This document shows, piece by piece, positions 30,184 through 39,761 of a stretch of DNA of 64,000 nt. This DNA comes from an uncultured archaeon (lineage in GTDB: Archaea; Thermoproteota; Nitrososphaeria; Nitrososphaerales; Gagatemarchaeaceae), in assembly GCA_963799775.1 (NCBI GenBank), contig CAWCYD010000003.1, forward strand, positions 832,001 through 896,000, read 5' to 3'. The notes under the pieces were generated by a model. That model saw nothing but the letters and a program-made list of their open reading frames with translations. It was not told where the DNA came from and did not search any database. Each line of letters starts with the position of its first letter. The first letter of the stretch is position 1. A program made the translations under genes and the position numbers.

Positions 30184-31238
30184 GCGGACCCGGAGACCAG
30201 CCACCTCAGGGCGGTGACCTCGTCCTCGTGCATGGCCGTGAGCTCCTCGTGCTTCTCCTTCACCTTTGCGACCCACAGTGCCCTCTCCGATTCTGAGAAG
30301 AGTATCTTGATCCTCGTGCGGACCGCCTCGACGGTGGAGTCGCAGTAGAGGAACGCCTCGCCGAATATCTCCTCGACCACAGGCTGCCTGGAAGAGACGA
30401 CGGGGAGGGAGCTCGCGGCGAACTCGAAGAGCACGTGCGATAGCGTGTAAGGCTCGTCCGTGATGTTGAGCGCAAAGTCCGCGGTGGCCTTCAGGGTCTC
30501 GTAGACCTCCTTCTCGAGGAAGCCGGCGTATCTCACGTTGGGGGCCAGCCGGACCCTCGCCAGCCTGCCCTCCAGCTTCGCCCTCGGGCCGCTGATGACG
30601 AGGGAGATGCCGGAAGTTATCTCCTTGCCCACGGCCTCTGCCTCGACCTCTATCCTCTCGAGAGGGTGGCCGCCGTGGGAGGCGATGGCGAGGAGGGGGC
30701 CTTCCGCCATCTTCCGCTTGAGGGCGGGGTCCGGGCTCCTCGGGTTCTTGGGCACGTAGTCGTGGTAGACAAGCACCTTCCTCGCTCCCATCTTCTCCAG
30801 CATCCGCGCCCAGAGCCCGTGAGGGGCCGTGTTGGCGTCCGCGGACTGAGAGACCATCCTCTCGAGAAGAGCGATGGCACGAGAGAGGGGGTCCCTCCCG
30901 CCCAGCGTCTTCACGCTCCAGATGGAGTGGTGGTCGACGACGAGCTTCGCGCCTGAGAGCTGGCAGTAGAGGAGGCAGGTCAGCGGGCAGAAGACCGGGG
31001 GGTTCTGGGCGTAGACGACTTTTGGGCGCTTCGCCGAGAGCAAAACGAGAGTTCGAAAGAAGAGAACAAGGTAGCGGATAGGAGCAAAATACCGGGGCCC
31101 ATAGAGGAAGGTGATGCTCGCGCGCTCCGCGCCAAGAATCTGCGCAATCTCGTCAGCGCGGTCCCCAAACGGAGACCAACTCAAAAAAATCATCCTGGGC
31201 AAAGAAACCTGAACGTCACTGCGGTGCAATCTTGCCAC
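30180..31238 (-). CDS. GT-B glycosyltransferase (GT4-like)
   Basis: QNPP, VVDHH, YAGFL, FEFAASSLPVVSS. Confidence 0.82.
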   Translation of the reverse strand: MARLHRSDVQVSLPRMIFLSWSPFGDRADEIAQILGAERASITFLYGPRYFAPIRYLVLFFRTLVLLSAKRPKVVYAQNPPVFCPLTCLLYCQLSGAKLVVDHHSIWSVKTLGGRDPLSRAIALLERMVSQSADANTAPHGLWARMLEKMGARKVLVYHDYVPKNPRSPDPALKRKMAEGPLLAIASHGGHPLERIEVEAEAVGKEITSGISLVISGPRAKLEGRLARVRLAPNVRYAGFLEKEVYETLKATADFALNITDEPYTLSHVLFEFAASSLPVVSSRQPVVEEIFGEAFLYCDSTVEAVRTRIKILFSESERALWVAKVKEKHEELTAMHEDEVTALRWLVSGSA

Positions 31239-31480
31239 TGAAAAAGCATCCTAGAGAATGCTCTCGCGGCATGAGTGCATAGTGATTTAGCACATTTGAG
31301 TTCTCGACCGGAAGAAAGTTGTCAGGTTGCAGGGCTCATCATGCCAGGCTCGAGTCCTAGTCCGCTCGAGCGGAACAAGCTCGGACCGGCCCGAAGCTAA
31401 GTGCAGACAGAGGTCCCCGTGCTGAAGGCTCAGTCACTGACACAATCGGCTGGGACCTTGCCGGCGACCCTCTGAAAAAG

Positions 31481-31816
31481 TCAGTTGCGGCTTTTCTCGA
31501 GCACCGAAAGGCGTGCCTTGATATCGGCGAGGTCCTGAATGAAGGGCAGCCTCTGCTCCAATGCGTCGATCTTCACTTCTAGGGTCTCGAACCGGGCATC
31601 GAGCTTCTCGTCAAGGGAATCTAGTCGCCTGTCTGTCGAATCCGACCTTTCGTCGAGCTTCTGGTCCAGCGCCCGAAGGCGAGAATCGAAGAGTTGCTCC
31701 AAATGGTTGGATTCTTCCTTCATGATGGAACGCACCCTCGACTCCATGGTCGGAATCAAGAGCCTCTCAACCCACCCTGGAACTTTCTGGCTCTCAAATC
31801 TACGGGACGTGACCAT
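31481..31816 (-). CDS. Small coiled-coil protein
   Basis: Heptad LDQKLDER..LDEKLDARF repeats; ATG at 31816. Confidence 0.65.
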   Translation of the reverse strand: MVTSRRFESQKVPGWVERLLIPTMESRVRSIMKEESNHLEQLFDSRLRALDQKLDERSDSTDRRLDSLDEKLDARFETLEVKIDALEQRLPFIQDLADIKARLSVLEKSRN

Positions 31817-31843
31817 TTTCCCTGCCTCGACCGACCTCTCTGG

Positions 31844-33073
31844 GAGGCGTGGGTGCTTATATAGAAATCTCAGCCGATAGTGTATGAAGGCGGTTAAGGG
31901 AGTCAAGTTCGCGTACCAGCCCACTCCTCAGACTCTCGAAGTCCTAACGGCGTTCAGAAGCATGGTCAACGATGCCATCCGGATTTGCCTCGACGAGGAC
32001 ATCAGAGGACGGTTGAGGCTGAGAGACAGGATCTACAAGGTATTCCAAGAGCGCTACGGCGTCTTGTCCTGCTTTCCGTACTCCGTTGCGGAGGTCGCCT
32101 GGTCCATCGTGAAGAAGCACAGACGCTGGCGTCGAAGACCCTATGCGAAGCGATCGATGTTCAAGATGGATGCTGCCAGCTACTCGCTCAACTACTCGAT
32201 ACTTTCACTGCCGTTCAAGAGAGGCGGAGGGCGAATCCTGATACCATTGCGATACGGCGAATACCAGCGCTCGTTCCTGATGGACAAGAGTCTGAAGCGA
32301 GGCTCCGTCACAGTGACTGAGTCGTGCATCGTCATCACCTTCTCGAAGCAGACGCCAACTGTAGAGCCTTCCAGGAAGGTCGGCTACGACCTCAACGAGA
32401 AATCAGTCGTCGGGAGCGATGGGCATCTCCTACGACCTCTCAGAGGTAGCCCGACTGCACACGCTCTACGGGGTCAGGCGCTCCCGCTTCTATGAGAGAC
32501 ATTCTAATGATAGGCGACTCAGGAAGAAGTTCGCGTCATCCAGAAGAGAGAAGGAACGGGTCAGACAGGAACTCCACAGGGTCTCGACGCTGATAGTGGA
32601 GAAAGCCAGAGCGAACAACCAGGCCATCGTCCTCGAGAGGCTCAAGGGAATCAGATACGTTCACCAGAAAGGGAACGGAGAAGGAAAGGAGAGGAGGCGC
32701 AGGATCGCTCTCTGGCCGTTCAGGCAACTGCAAGCATACGTCGACTACAAGGCCAAATGGGCTGGAGTACCCATCGAGTACGTCTCCGCGGCCTACACGT
32801 CAAAGACGTGCCACGTCTGCGGGAACATCAACAGGCAACTCAAGCTGACCGAGAGGAGCTGGCTATGCCCCCATTGTGGTGCCAAGCTCGAACGCGACCC
32901 GAACTCCTCGATCAACATCGAGCGTCGCGGCAAGATACGATGTCTGGGTGAGGCTCGCCCAGGAGCGCGAGGCATGGATGAAGCGATGAAGGGGAACGAG
33001 ACGACGACGGCTCCAATCCTCCGAGCAGAAGCCTCGAAGCTAGGTCTAGAAGTCCGGTAGACTTGGCGGAGCC
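31844..33073 (+). mobile_element. Solo TnpB element (same end family as 13404..14692)
   Basis: 3' segment GAAGCGATGAAGGGGAAC..AATCCTCCGAG..GCCTCGAAGCT shared with the minus-strand element; terminal stem GTCTA..TAGAC; boundaries approximate. Confidence 0.65.
31884..33060 (+). CDS. tnpB: Archaeal TnpB (Cas12f-like), frameshift near 32425
   Basis: RuvC-I GYDLN, RuvC-II IVLERL, WPFRQLQAYVDYKA, CHVC..CPHC, RuvC-III ERDPNS. Confidence 0.9.
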
Positions 33074-33131
33074 AACCTTCTCCCCTATCTTCAAGGCCAC
33101 CGGTTGTCCTGATAATAGCAAGGGACGCTAT

Positions 33132-34541
33132 TTAACCATCCCTCACCTTAAGTTGAGAATTCAGATTGTCTACAGACCTTCTCAGCGCCTCGACGGGGTT
33201 GAGGCGCGAGGCCCTCCAGGCGGGGATGAGCCCGCCGAAGGTGCCCACTGCCACGGCCAGGAGGATGGCCAGGACGATGATCTCAGGAGTGATCGCCGGG
33301 GTGATGCTCAGTGTCGATGAGGCCGAGGCCGTCGGCCCGCCGAAGGCGAGAGACGTTGCTCCGCGGGCGCTCGAGGCAGCGCGGGCGCCTCCGCCTCCGA
33401 AGTTGGGTAAGCTCAGCGTGCCGCTGAGGGCGCCTATCACCACGAAGGAGAGAGCGTATCCTGCGCCCACGCCGATGAACCCGCCCACAAGGCCCGTGAC
33501 CACGGCCTCCGTGAGAAAGACGAGCATGATTCCCTTGCTGCTCGAGCCAAGGGCCTTCAGGACGCCGATCTCCTTCGTGCGCTCGAGGACCGAGGTCAGC
33601 ATCGTCGTCATGATCCCGATGAAAGCAACAAGGACCGAAGTGCCCGCTACCGCCTCAAGGAGCGTGGTGGTCCCAGAGGTCACCGACTGGATGGACGAGA
33701 GGAGCGAGCTCACCGAGGTCGTCCTGATGTTGGAGCCGTACTGGGCCGTGAGCTCGTTGGTCACCTCGTTGACGTCGCTCGGATTGTCTGCGACCACCAT
33801 TATCCCGGTGTAGGTAGTGCTGTGGAGCACCTGCTCTCCAGAGGCGAGAGGGATGAAGATTGTGTTGTCGGGTGTTATGTTGAACCCCTGCCCGAACTCA
33901 TCGTATATCCCCCGAACTATGAATGAGTGACTCCCAGACGAGGATGAGGAAGACGCCGGGGCCGCTCCGATGGAAATTCCCGACTGTCCAAAGCCGATCG
34001 AGGAGCCTTTGAATGTGAATGCGGAGAATCGTTGGGCGCTAGACACGCTCACGACCTGGTTGAGCGTGAAGTTCGATGCGCCCTGGAGACCCGGGAAGGC
34101 GATCGAGTAGCCGATGGCCGCCCCCAACGTGTCCGTGCTCGTCGGGACCGCGCCGACCCCGAGCTTCAGGGTCGGGAAGGCGGCTGAGAGCTGGGAGAAG
34201 TCGACCGCAACTATCGAGGCGCTAATCTGGTAGCTGCCGTCTATGACCTGCCCGTTCGCCTGCTGATAGGGGATTGCCGCCTTGACCCCGGAGAGGTTCT
34301 GCATGAGGGAGGCATCGGAGGCGGTGAGGGTGGTCGACCTGCCTACGGGCGAGACGAACAACGTGGTAGCGCCGAGGCTAGAGAACTGGGCCGTGCTCGC
34401 GTTGCTGTATCCTTGGGTCGCGCTCACGAGCGAGACGATCGTCGCGGGGCCTATCACGATGCCGAGGATTGTGAGGACGGCTCGCAGCTTTCGCTCGGTG
34501 AGGGCGCGCATCGCGTACTTGATGAGCCCGCCAGGACGCAT
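33132..34541 (-). CDS. MacB/FtsX-family ABC transporter permease
   Basis: RKLRAVLTILGIVIG, SVLERTKEIGVLKALG, PAWRASRLNPVEALR. Confidence 0.93.
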   Translation of the reverse strand: MRPGGLIKYAMRALTERKLRAVLTILGIVIGPATIVSLVSATQGYSNASTAQFSSLGATTLFVSPVGRSTTLTASDASLMQNLSGVKAAIPYQQANGQVIDGSYQISASIVAVDFSQLSAAFPTLKLGVGAVPTSTDTLGAAIGYSIAFPGLQGASNFTLNQVVSVSSAQRFSAFTFKGSSIGFGQSGISIGAAPASSSSSSGSHSFIVRGIYDEFGQGFNITPDNTIFIPLASGEQVLHSTTYTGIMVVADNPSDVNEVTNELTAQYGSNIRTTSVSSLLSSIQSVTSGTTTLLEAVAGTSVLVAFIGIMTTMLTSVLERTKEIGVLKALGSSSKGIMLVFLTEAVVTGLVGGFIGVGAGYALSFVVIGALSGTLSLPNFGGGGARAASSARGATSLAFGGPTASASSTLSITPAITPEIIVLAILLAVAVGTFGGLIPAWRASRLNPVEALRRSVDNLNSQLKVRDG

Positions 34542-34576
34542 CTAGGATCAGGCCTTCCCTGGAGACCGCGCGCGCG

Positions 34577-37247
34577 TCAAATGACCGACTGGTCTCCTCT
34601 GCTCTCCTGTGGGAGCTCGGCGAGCCTCTTTGTCCTATACCTCCTGAGAAGCACCGCGCCGACCACCGCCGTCAGCACGACGGCACCCACCACGCCGTAT
34701 GCGAGGTCCAGCAGGCCGTTGTCGCCGGTCGAGGGAGTGGTCTGGATGTTCGAGACCCCGCTCCCCAGCTGGCTTGCGGTCTTTATCGTCGTTGTCACCC
34801 CGAAGCTCTGGAGCTGGTTGTTCCCGAACGTGTCCTTGTAGGTCAGTGTGAGAGCGATGCGCGCAGAGCCTGCCGCCCCGTTCCTCGACGTCACGTTGCC
34901 CAGGCCGGAGAAGCCGGTGAAGGTCGCCGTTGCCGATGATGCGAGTGAAGTTACCCGCCCCGCCTGGCGGGACACCGGTGAAGCTCCCCGTCCCCCTCGT
35001 GCGCGAGACCGTGAAGGAGGTGGCGTTGGAGTTGGAGACGGTCGAGTTGCCTGAGGCCGCGGTGGAGTTCACGGTGACGGGAGCAGTGTAGGGTATCGTG
35101 ACGCTGAACGGCAGAGGCGTGTTGGGGTCGATCTCTCCCAGATACACGGCGGTGCCCGAGTTCGTCCCCAGCAGGCCGTTGATCGACGCGTAGTAAGCGG
35201 CGACGCTCCCCTCGTTGAGGAGAGACCCTGTGACCGTGAAGCCGCTGAGCGACTGCGAGACGCTTGTGTCCTGGAGTATCAGGATGACCGTGCCCTCGAG
35301 TGTGAAGCTGATCGGGAAGCTCTGCGTGTGGGAGACGCTGCTAGAGTCGGTGAACGAGACCGTCAGAGTCCCACCATAGATCCCGGGCGTCGCGCTCGGA
35401 CCGCTCGTGAGTTGGGCCGTGAAGGTCGTGCTGGCTCCGGGAGCGAGTTCGTCCGTAGGGACCGCGGAGCCGATCGAGGAGAGGAGCACGGGATTGTCAG
35501 CCAAGAGAGAAAAGGTCGGCGAGTATATCGTCGAGGCCCCGCCGTTTGTCAGCTTGAAGCCAGCGGAGTTCTCCTGTCCCACAGTCATCGTGGAGTTCGT
35601 CTGGGCCAGTGTGAGCTGGAACGTCGTCGTCGAAGCTGGCGCAGCGACAGGAGGAGGGGAGAGGCTGGTGCTCTGCGAGAGTGTCACCGAGTTCGTGGTC
35701 CACGAGAGGTCAAGCGGGAAGGAGTAGCTCCCGGGGGCAACTGAGCTCTCGATGTCAAGGTTGAAAGTGAGAGTGATTACCTGGTTGGGCGTCGCCGTGG
35801 CCGCATAGGCCGTCGCGGTGGTCTGCCCGTTGAGGTCCGTGATCCCCGCGGGAAGTGTCAGCTTCCCCTCGAGGCTCGTTATGGAAGCAGTCCCGACGTA
35901 TTGCAGGCTGATCACGAGCGGGACGTCCGTCGACCCGGGCTCCGGCGAGACCGCCGAGGAGCTTGAAGTGCTGTTCGACGACGCGGCCTTTTGCCAGACG
36001 GAGCTCTCTACGATGAAAGACGACTGCAGGGCCGTGATTGGAGGCGGGGTCACGATGGCGCTCTGGGTGAGCCCGACCGATTGGGAGGTCATCCAAGAGA
36101 GGACAAGCGTGAAGTTGTAGTTTCCGGGCCTGACCGTGCTCGCCAGGTCGAGATTGAAGGTAAGTGTGACAGACCCGTATTGGTTGGTCGACGTGCTCGA
36201 GAACGCGGTGGCCGAGCCGTGGCCGTTTAGGTCGGTCACACCGGTGGGAAGGAGCAGCGTCCCCTGGAGGCTGGTTATCGCGGTCGCCCCGAGATATTGC
36301 AAAGTCACGACGAGTGGCTCGTTCTGGGAGCCGGGGAGCGCGGAGGCCGTCGAAGAGGCGCTGCCCCAATTCGCGCCCTCCACAAGGAACGAGGACGAGG
36401 TGGTGACGGTCGTCGTCGTCGACACCAGGAAACCGAGTGTGTTGGTGACTGATTGGCTGTTGGAATAGGCATCAAGATACTTCGATGTGAAGGTGAGGTC
36501 GAACGCCGTCCCGCTCATCGACGAGGGGACGAAGAGCTGCAACAATGCGCTCGCACTAGCTCCAGGGGCTAGCGACGATGTCGGTGCGAGCTGGTTGAGG
36601 ACCACGACCCCCGAGGGAGCAGCGACCGTCGTCGAGACGGGGCCGGATGTCCCAGTACCGGAGTTGGAAATAGTGATCGTTACGTTGTCGGCCACACCCG
36701 AAGTCAGGTGGGTCGTCGCGGCGGTCAGGCTTAGTTGGACAGGGCCGTAGAGCTCTATCGGCGCCTGCGTGAACTGCGTGAAGATGTTTGAGGTTGAGCT
36801 ATCCACATACTGAATCGCCATCGGGATGGTGTAGATTATTCCCGTCGCAGCGCTCTGGGGCACCGTCAGGTAGAACGTCTCGGCGAGCAAGGTGTTCGGC
36901 CCGGTGTTGACCGCGACGTCCTTGAGCTGCGTCAGCCCGTTAGGGCCTGTGAACGGAGTTACGTAGGTGCCGTTCTGGAGGTAGAGGTAGAAGACCGTTT
37001 GAGCAGCAGTGCAAGGGCCTGAAAAGTCCAGTGATATTGTAAGCGGAACGTTTTGTTCTCCAGGGTAAACGCTGAGAGTCGATCCCGATGTCCCCCAGGC
37101 AACATCAATGACGTTGAATGGATTAGTTGCTGCCGTGCAAGAACTGCTTACGGCTGAAGCGGGGCGGGCAGTAATGGGCAAACCGAAGACAGTCGCTCCT
37201 ATGAGGATGGCGACAATTGCAAGCGAAGAGGCGCGCGGGGCTTTCAT
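34577..37247 (-). CDS. Large S-layer-domain (COG1361-like) surface protein, frameshift near 34930
   Basis: Signal peptide, repeated Ig-like modules (PG..PLVxxLQY, ITSLxGxLxLPxGxTDLNG), C-terminal TM in the 34577..34975 frame; lies between ABC ATPase and permease. Confidence 0.8.
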
Positions 37248-37256
37248 CTTCTCAAC

Positions 37257-37988
37257 TCAATTCGTCTTGATATCCACGATAAGCCCGTCGCGGATTGAGA
37301 TGATACGCTGGGCGTGAGCGGCGACCTCAGGGTTGTGCGTGATCACCACGAGCGTCTTGCCAAAGTCCTTGTTGAGCTGCTTCATCAGGCCCATCATCAT
37401 CTCGGTGTTTCTGGTGTCGAGGTTCCCCGTCGGCTCGTCCGCGAGCACTATCTTCGGGTCGTTGGCCAAGGCCCGCGCGACTGCGACGCGCTGCCTCTCG
37501 CCTCCGCTGATGTTGTTGACGTTCTTGTTTGCCTTGTGAGCGATCCCTAGCCTGCCGAGCAACGCTAGAGCGCGCTTTCTCGAGTAGACCGGGTCAGCGC
37601 CGGCGATGAAGAGCGGGAGCTCCACGTTCTCCACCACCGACATCCTGGAGAGGAGGTTGAAGTCCTGGAAGACGAAGCCCAGCTTCCTGCTCCTGACCAG
37701 CGCGAGCTCCTTGTTGTCCAGCTTCGAGATGTCCAGCCCGTCGAGGAAGACCTGTCCAGATGTCGGGCGGTCGAGCGCCCCGAGGATGTTGAGGAGAGTG
37801 GTCTTGCCGCATCCCGAGGGGCCGACTATGGCGATGAACTCGCCGCTCTCGACCGTGAAGCTGAGGCCACGAAGGGCCATCACCTCGTCGTCTCCGGTCC
37901 CGTAACGCTTCTTGAGGTCGACGACCTTGACGGCGTACTCGCTCGGTGACGGCGCAGAGGTGACCTGCACGGTGGTCGAGCCGCTCAC
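37257..37988 (-). CDS. ABC transporter ATPase (LolD/MacB-like)
   Basis: GPSGCGKTT, GFVFQ, ISGGERQRV, ADEPTGNLD, ITHN. Confidence 0.95.
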   Translation of the reverse strand: MSGSTTVQVTSAPSPSEYAVKVVDLKKRYGTGDDEVMALRGLSFTVESGEFIAIVGPSGCGKTTLLNILGALDRPTSGQVFLDGLDISKLDNKELALVRSRKLGFVFQDFNLLSRMSVVENVELPLFIAGADPVYSRKRALALLGRLGIAHKANKNVNNISGGERQRVAVARALANDPKIVLADEPTGNLDTRNTEMMMGLMKQLNKDFGKTLVVITHNPEVAAHAQRIISIRDGLIVDIKTN

Positions 37989-38278
37989 GGTTTCCGCTCC
38001 TGAGCGACTTCCGAGGTTGACGCGGACTGAGCGGGCATGGCCGTCCCGACGTCCGTGAACAAGGAGAAGATCTCGAGGACCAGTCCAACGGAGATCCCGG
38101 CGAACCCGATGAGAGACTCTATCGTCGAGGTGTTGTCGGTGCCCGAGGCAAAGCTGAGGAACGCCGAAGAGCTCGATGCGGACCCTGAGGTGATCAGGCT
38201 CCAGAGCTGGCTCGAGGGAAGAAGCAGGAGAAGGCCAACGAAGGTGAAAATAGCGCTGATGACGACAAGACGCCTCAA
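37985..38278 (-). CDS. Small 2-TM hypothetical protein
   Basis: Two TM helices; stop overlaps the ATPase start. Confidence 0.65.
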   Translation of the reverse strand: MRRLVVISAIFTFVGLLLLLPSSQLWSLITSGSASSSSAFLSFASGTDNTSTIESLIGFAGISVGLVLEIFSLFTDVGTAMPAQSASTSEVAQERKP

Positions 38279-38573
38279 TTCAATCCCTTTCTGCTGAGTT
38301 TGGACGAGTTATAGCGGTTTTCCGGAATGGTTCCCGAATCGCTAGTGAATCTCTCGTAGAATGAGAGAGATGGACGAAAACCGGTCCAGACTGTGCCCAT
38401 TCTTTGTTTTGGGCCTAGTTGCTAGGTTAAGACCATGATGAATTTCTGATACAGGAACTCCCGAATAGATGAAAATCATGCGAATAAGGAGGCGGACGAT
38501 GAGGTGCTAAGCTGGAGCGGGAGCGAAGGGCTGCTCCGATAGCTTAAGAACGGACGGAAGAACTTCAAGCCTC

Positions 38574-39608
38574 ATGAGGGTGGCCATCCTCACCAGGGAC
38601 TATCCTCCCGCCATCGGCGGAGTCGCCACCCATGTCGAGGGCCTGGTGAATGCGCTGAGGCGAAGAGGGATAGAGGCGGACGTGTTCGTCGGGTCGAACG
38701 ACGTGAAGACGCTGCTGCTTCCATTCGACATCCCGCTCAAGAAGTACGATGTCGTCCATGTGCAGAGTTCGCCCTACGGAGCCTTTGTGGTTGGGGTGCC
38801 GCTCGTCGTCACGGTCCACTCGCCGGTGCTCGAGGAAATGCCTCACTACAAGAGGTCCCTCCAGCTCATCTCGCTCCCTGCGATCCCCTTGGAGAGGATT
38901 TCGCTGTCAAGGGCCGCGGCCGTGCTGGCCGTTAGCGACGAGAGCAGGTCTGAGCTCCTCCGCGAATACGGGCTAGACTCTTCCAAGGTAGAGGTCATTG
39001 GAAACGGCGTTGAATACGAGAGATTTTCAGCGAGCAGGAGCGGACGAGCGCGACTGAAGCCCCCAAGGATCCTCGTGGTCTCTAGGCTTGAGCCGAGGAA
39101 GAACGTCGCGGAGGCGATCGAGGCCTTCGCGGAGCTCCCCAAGGGAAGCTGTCAGCTGGACATAGCCGGGGATGGGTCCGAACGGCACGCGCTTGTGGAG
39201 TTGGCGAAGAAACTAGGAGTAGAGGACCGAGTGCACTTCCTGGGGAGGGTCAGCAGCGATGCTCTCCCCGAGATTTACGGGGATGCGTCGATCTTCCTGA
39301 CCACCAGCAGCTCTGAGGGGTTCGGGCTCTCTCTGCTCGAAGCTATGTCGAGTAGTTGCGCGTGCATCGCGTCGAACCTCCCCACACACCGCGCGCTGAT
39401 AGAGCGAGGAGTGACAGGAATGATCTACTCGAGCCGCGCGGCTCTCGTCTCGATGATGAGGGAGCTGTGCGAATCGCCAGACAAGGCCGAGCGCCTGGGA
39501 GCCGCCGCGCGCGAGGCTGCGAAGCGCCATTCGTGGGACAACGTGGCGCAGATCGTGATTGAGGCCTACGAAAAAGTGACGTCAGGCTCGAAAGTTAGGC
39601 CGTCCTGA
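38574..39608 (+). CDS. GT4 glycosyltransferase
   Basis: YPPAIGG, VTVH, RLEPRKN, EGFGLSLLEAMS. Confidence 0.93.
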   Translation: MRVAILTRDYPPAIGGVATHVEGLVNALRRRGIEADVFVGSNDVKTLLLPFDIPLKKYDVVHVQSSPYGAFVVGVPLVVTVHSPVLEEMPHYKRSLQLISLPAIPLERISLSRAAAVLAVSDESRSELLREYGLDSSKVEVIGNGVEYERFSASRSGRARLKPPRILVVSRLEPRKNVAEAIEAFAELPKGSCQLDIAGDGSERHALVELAKKLGVEDRVHFLGRVSSDALPEIYGDASIFLTTSSSEGFGLSLLEAMSSSCACIASNLPTHRALIERGVTGMIYSSRAALVSMMRELCESPDKAERLGAAAREAAKRHSWDNVAQIVIEAYEKVTSGSKVRPS

Positions 39609-39761
39609 AGCCCAGAAAACCTCGCAAATAATGCGCGCTGAGCAGTTCGAATACAAAATATTTGCATCCTTTTTACAAACACCGCTTCCGTAGATGAGAC
39701 CAGCGTGCCACGCCATAGCATGTCTACGTAGCAGCTCTTCACAGCATTTTTAGATGGAGAA

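Noticed and set aside
31358-31371. Perfect 14-bp palindrome TCCGCTCGAGCGGA in an intergenic region
   Set aside because: Single GC-rich occurrence with no promoter or element context
8578-33060. TnpBs as nuclease-dead, domesticated regulators (TldR-like)
   Set aside because: All three retain the D-E-D RuvC residues, and the two guides that can be traced match only the immediate insertion flank
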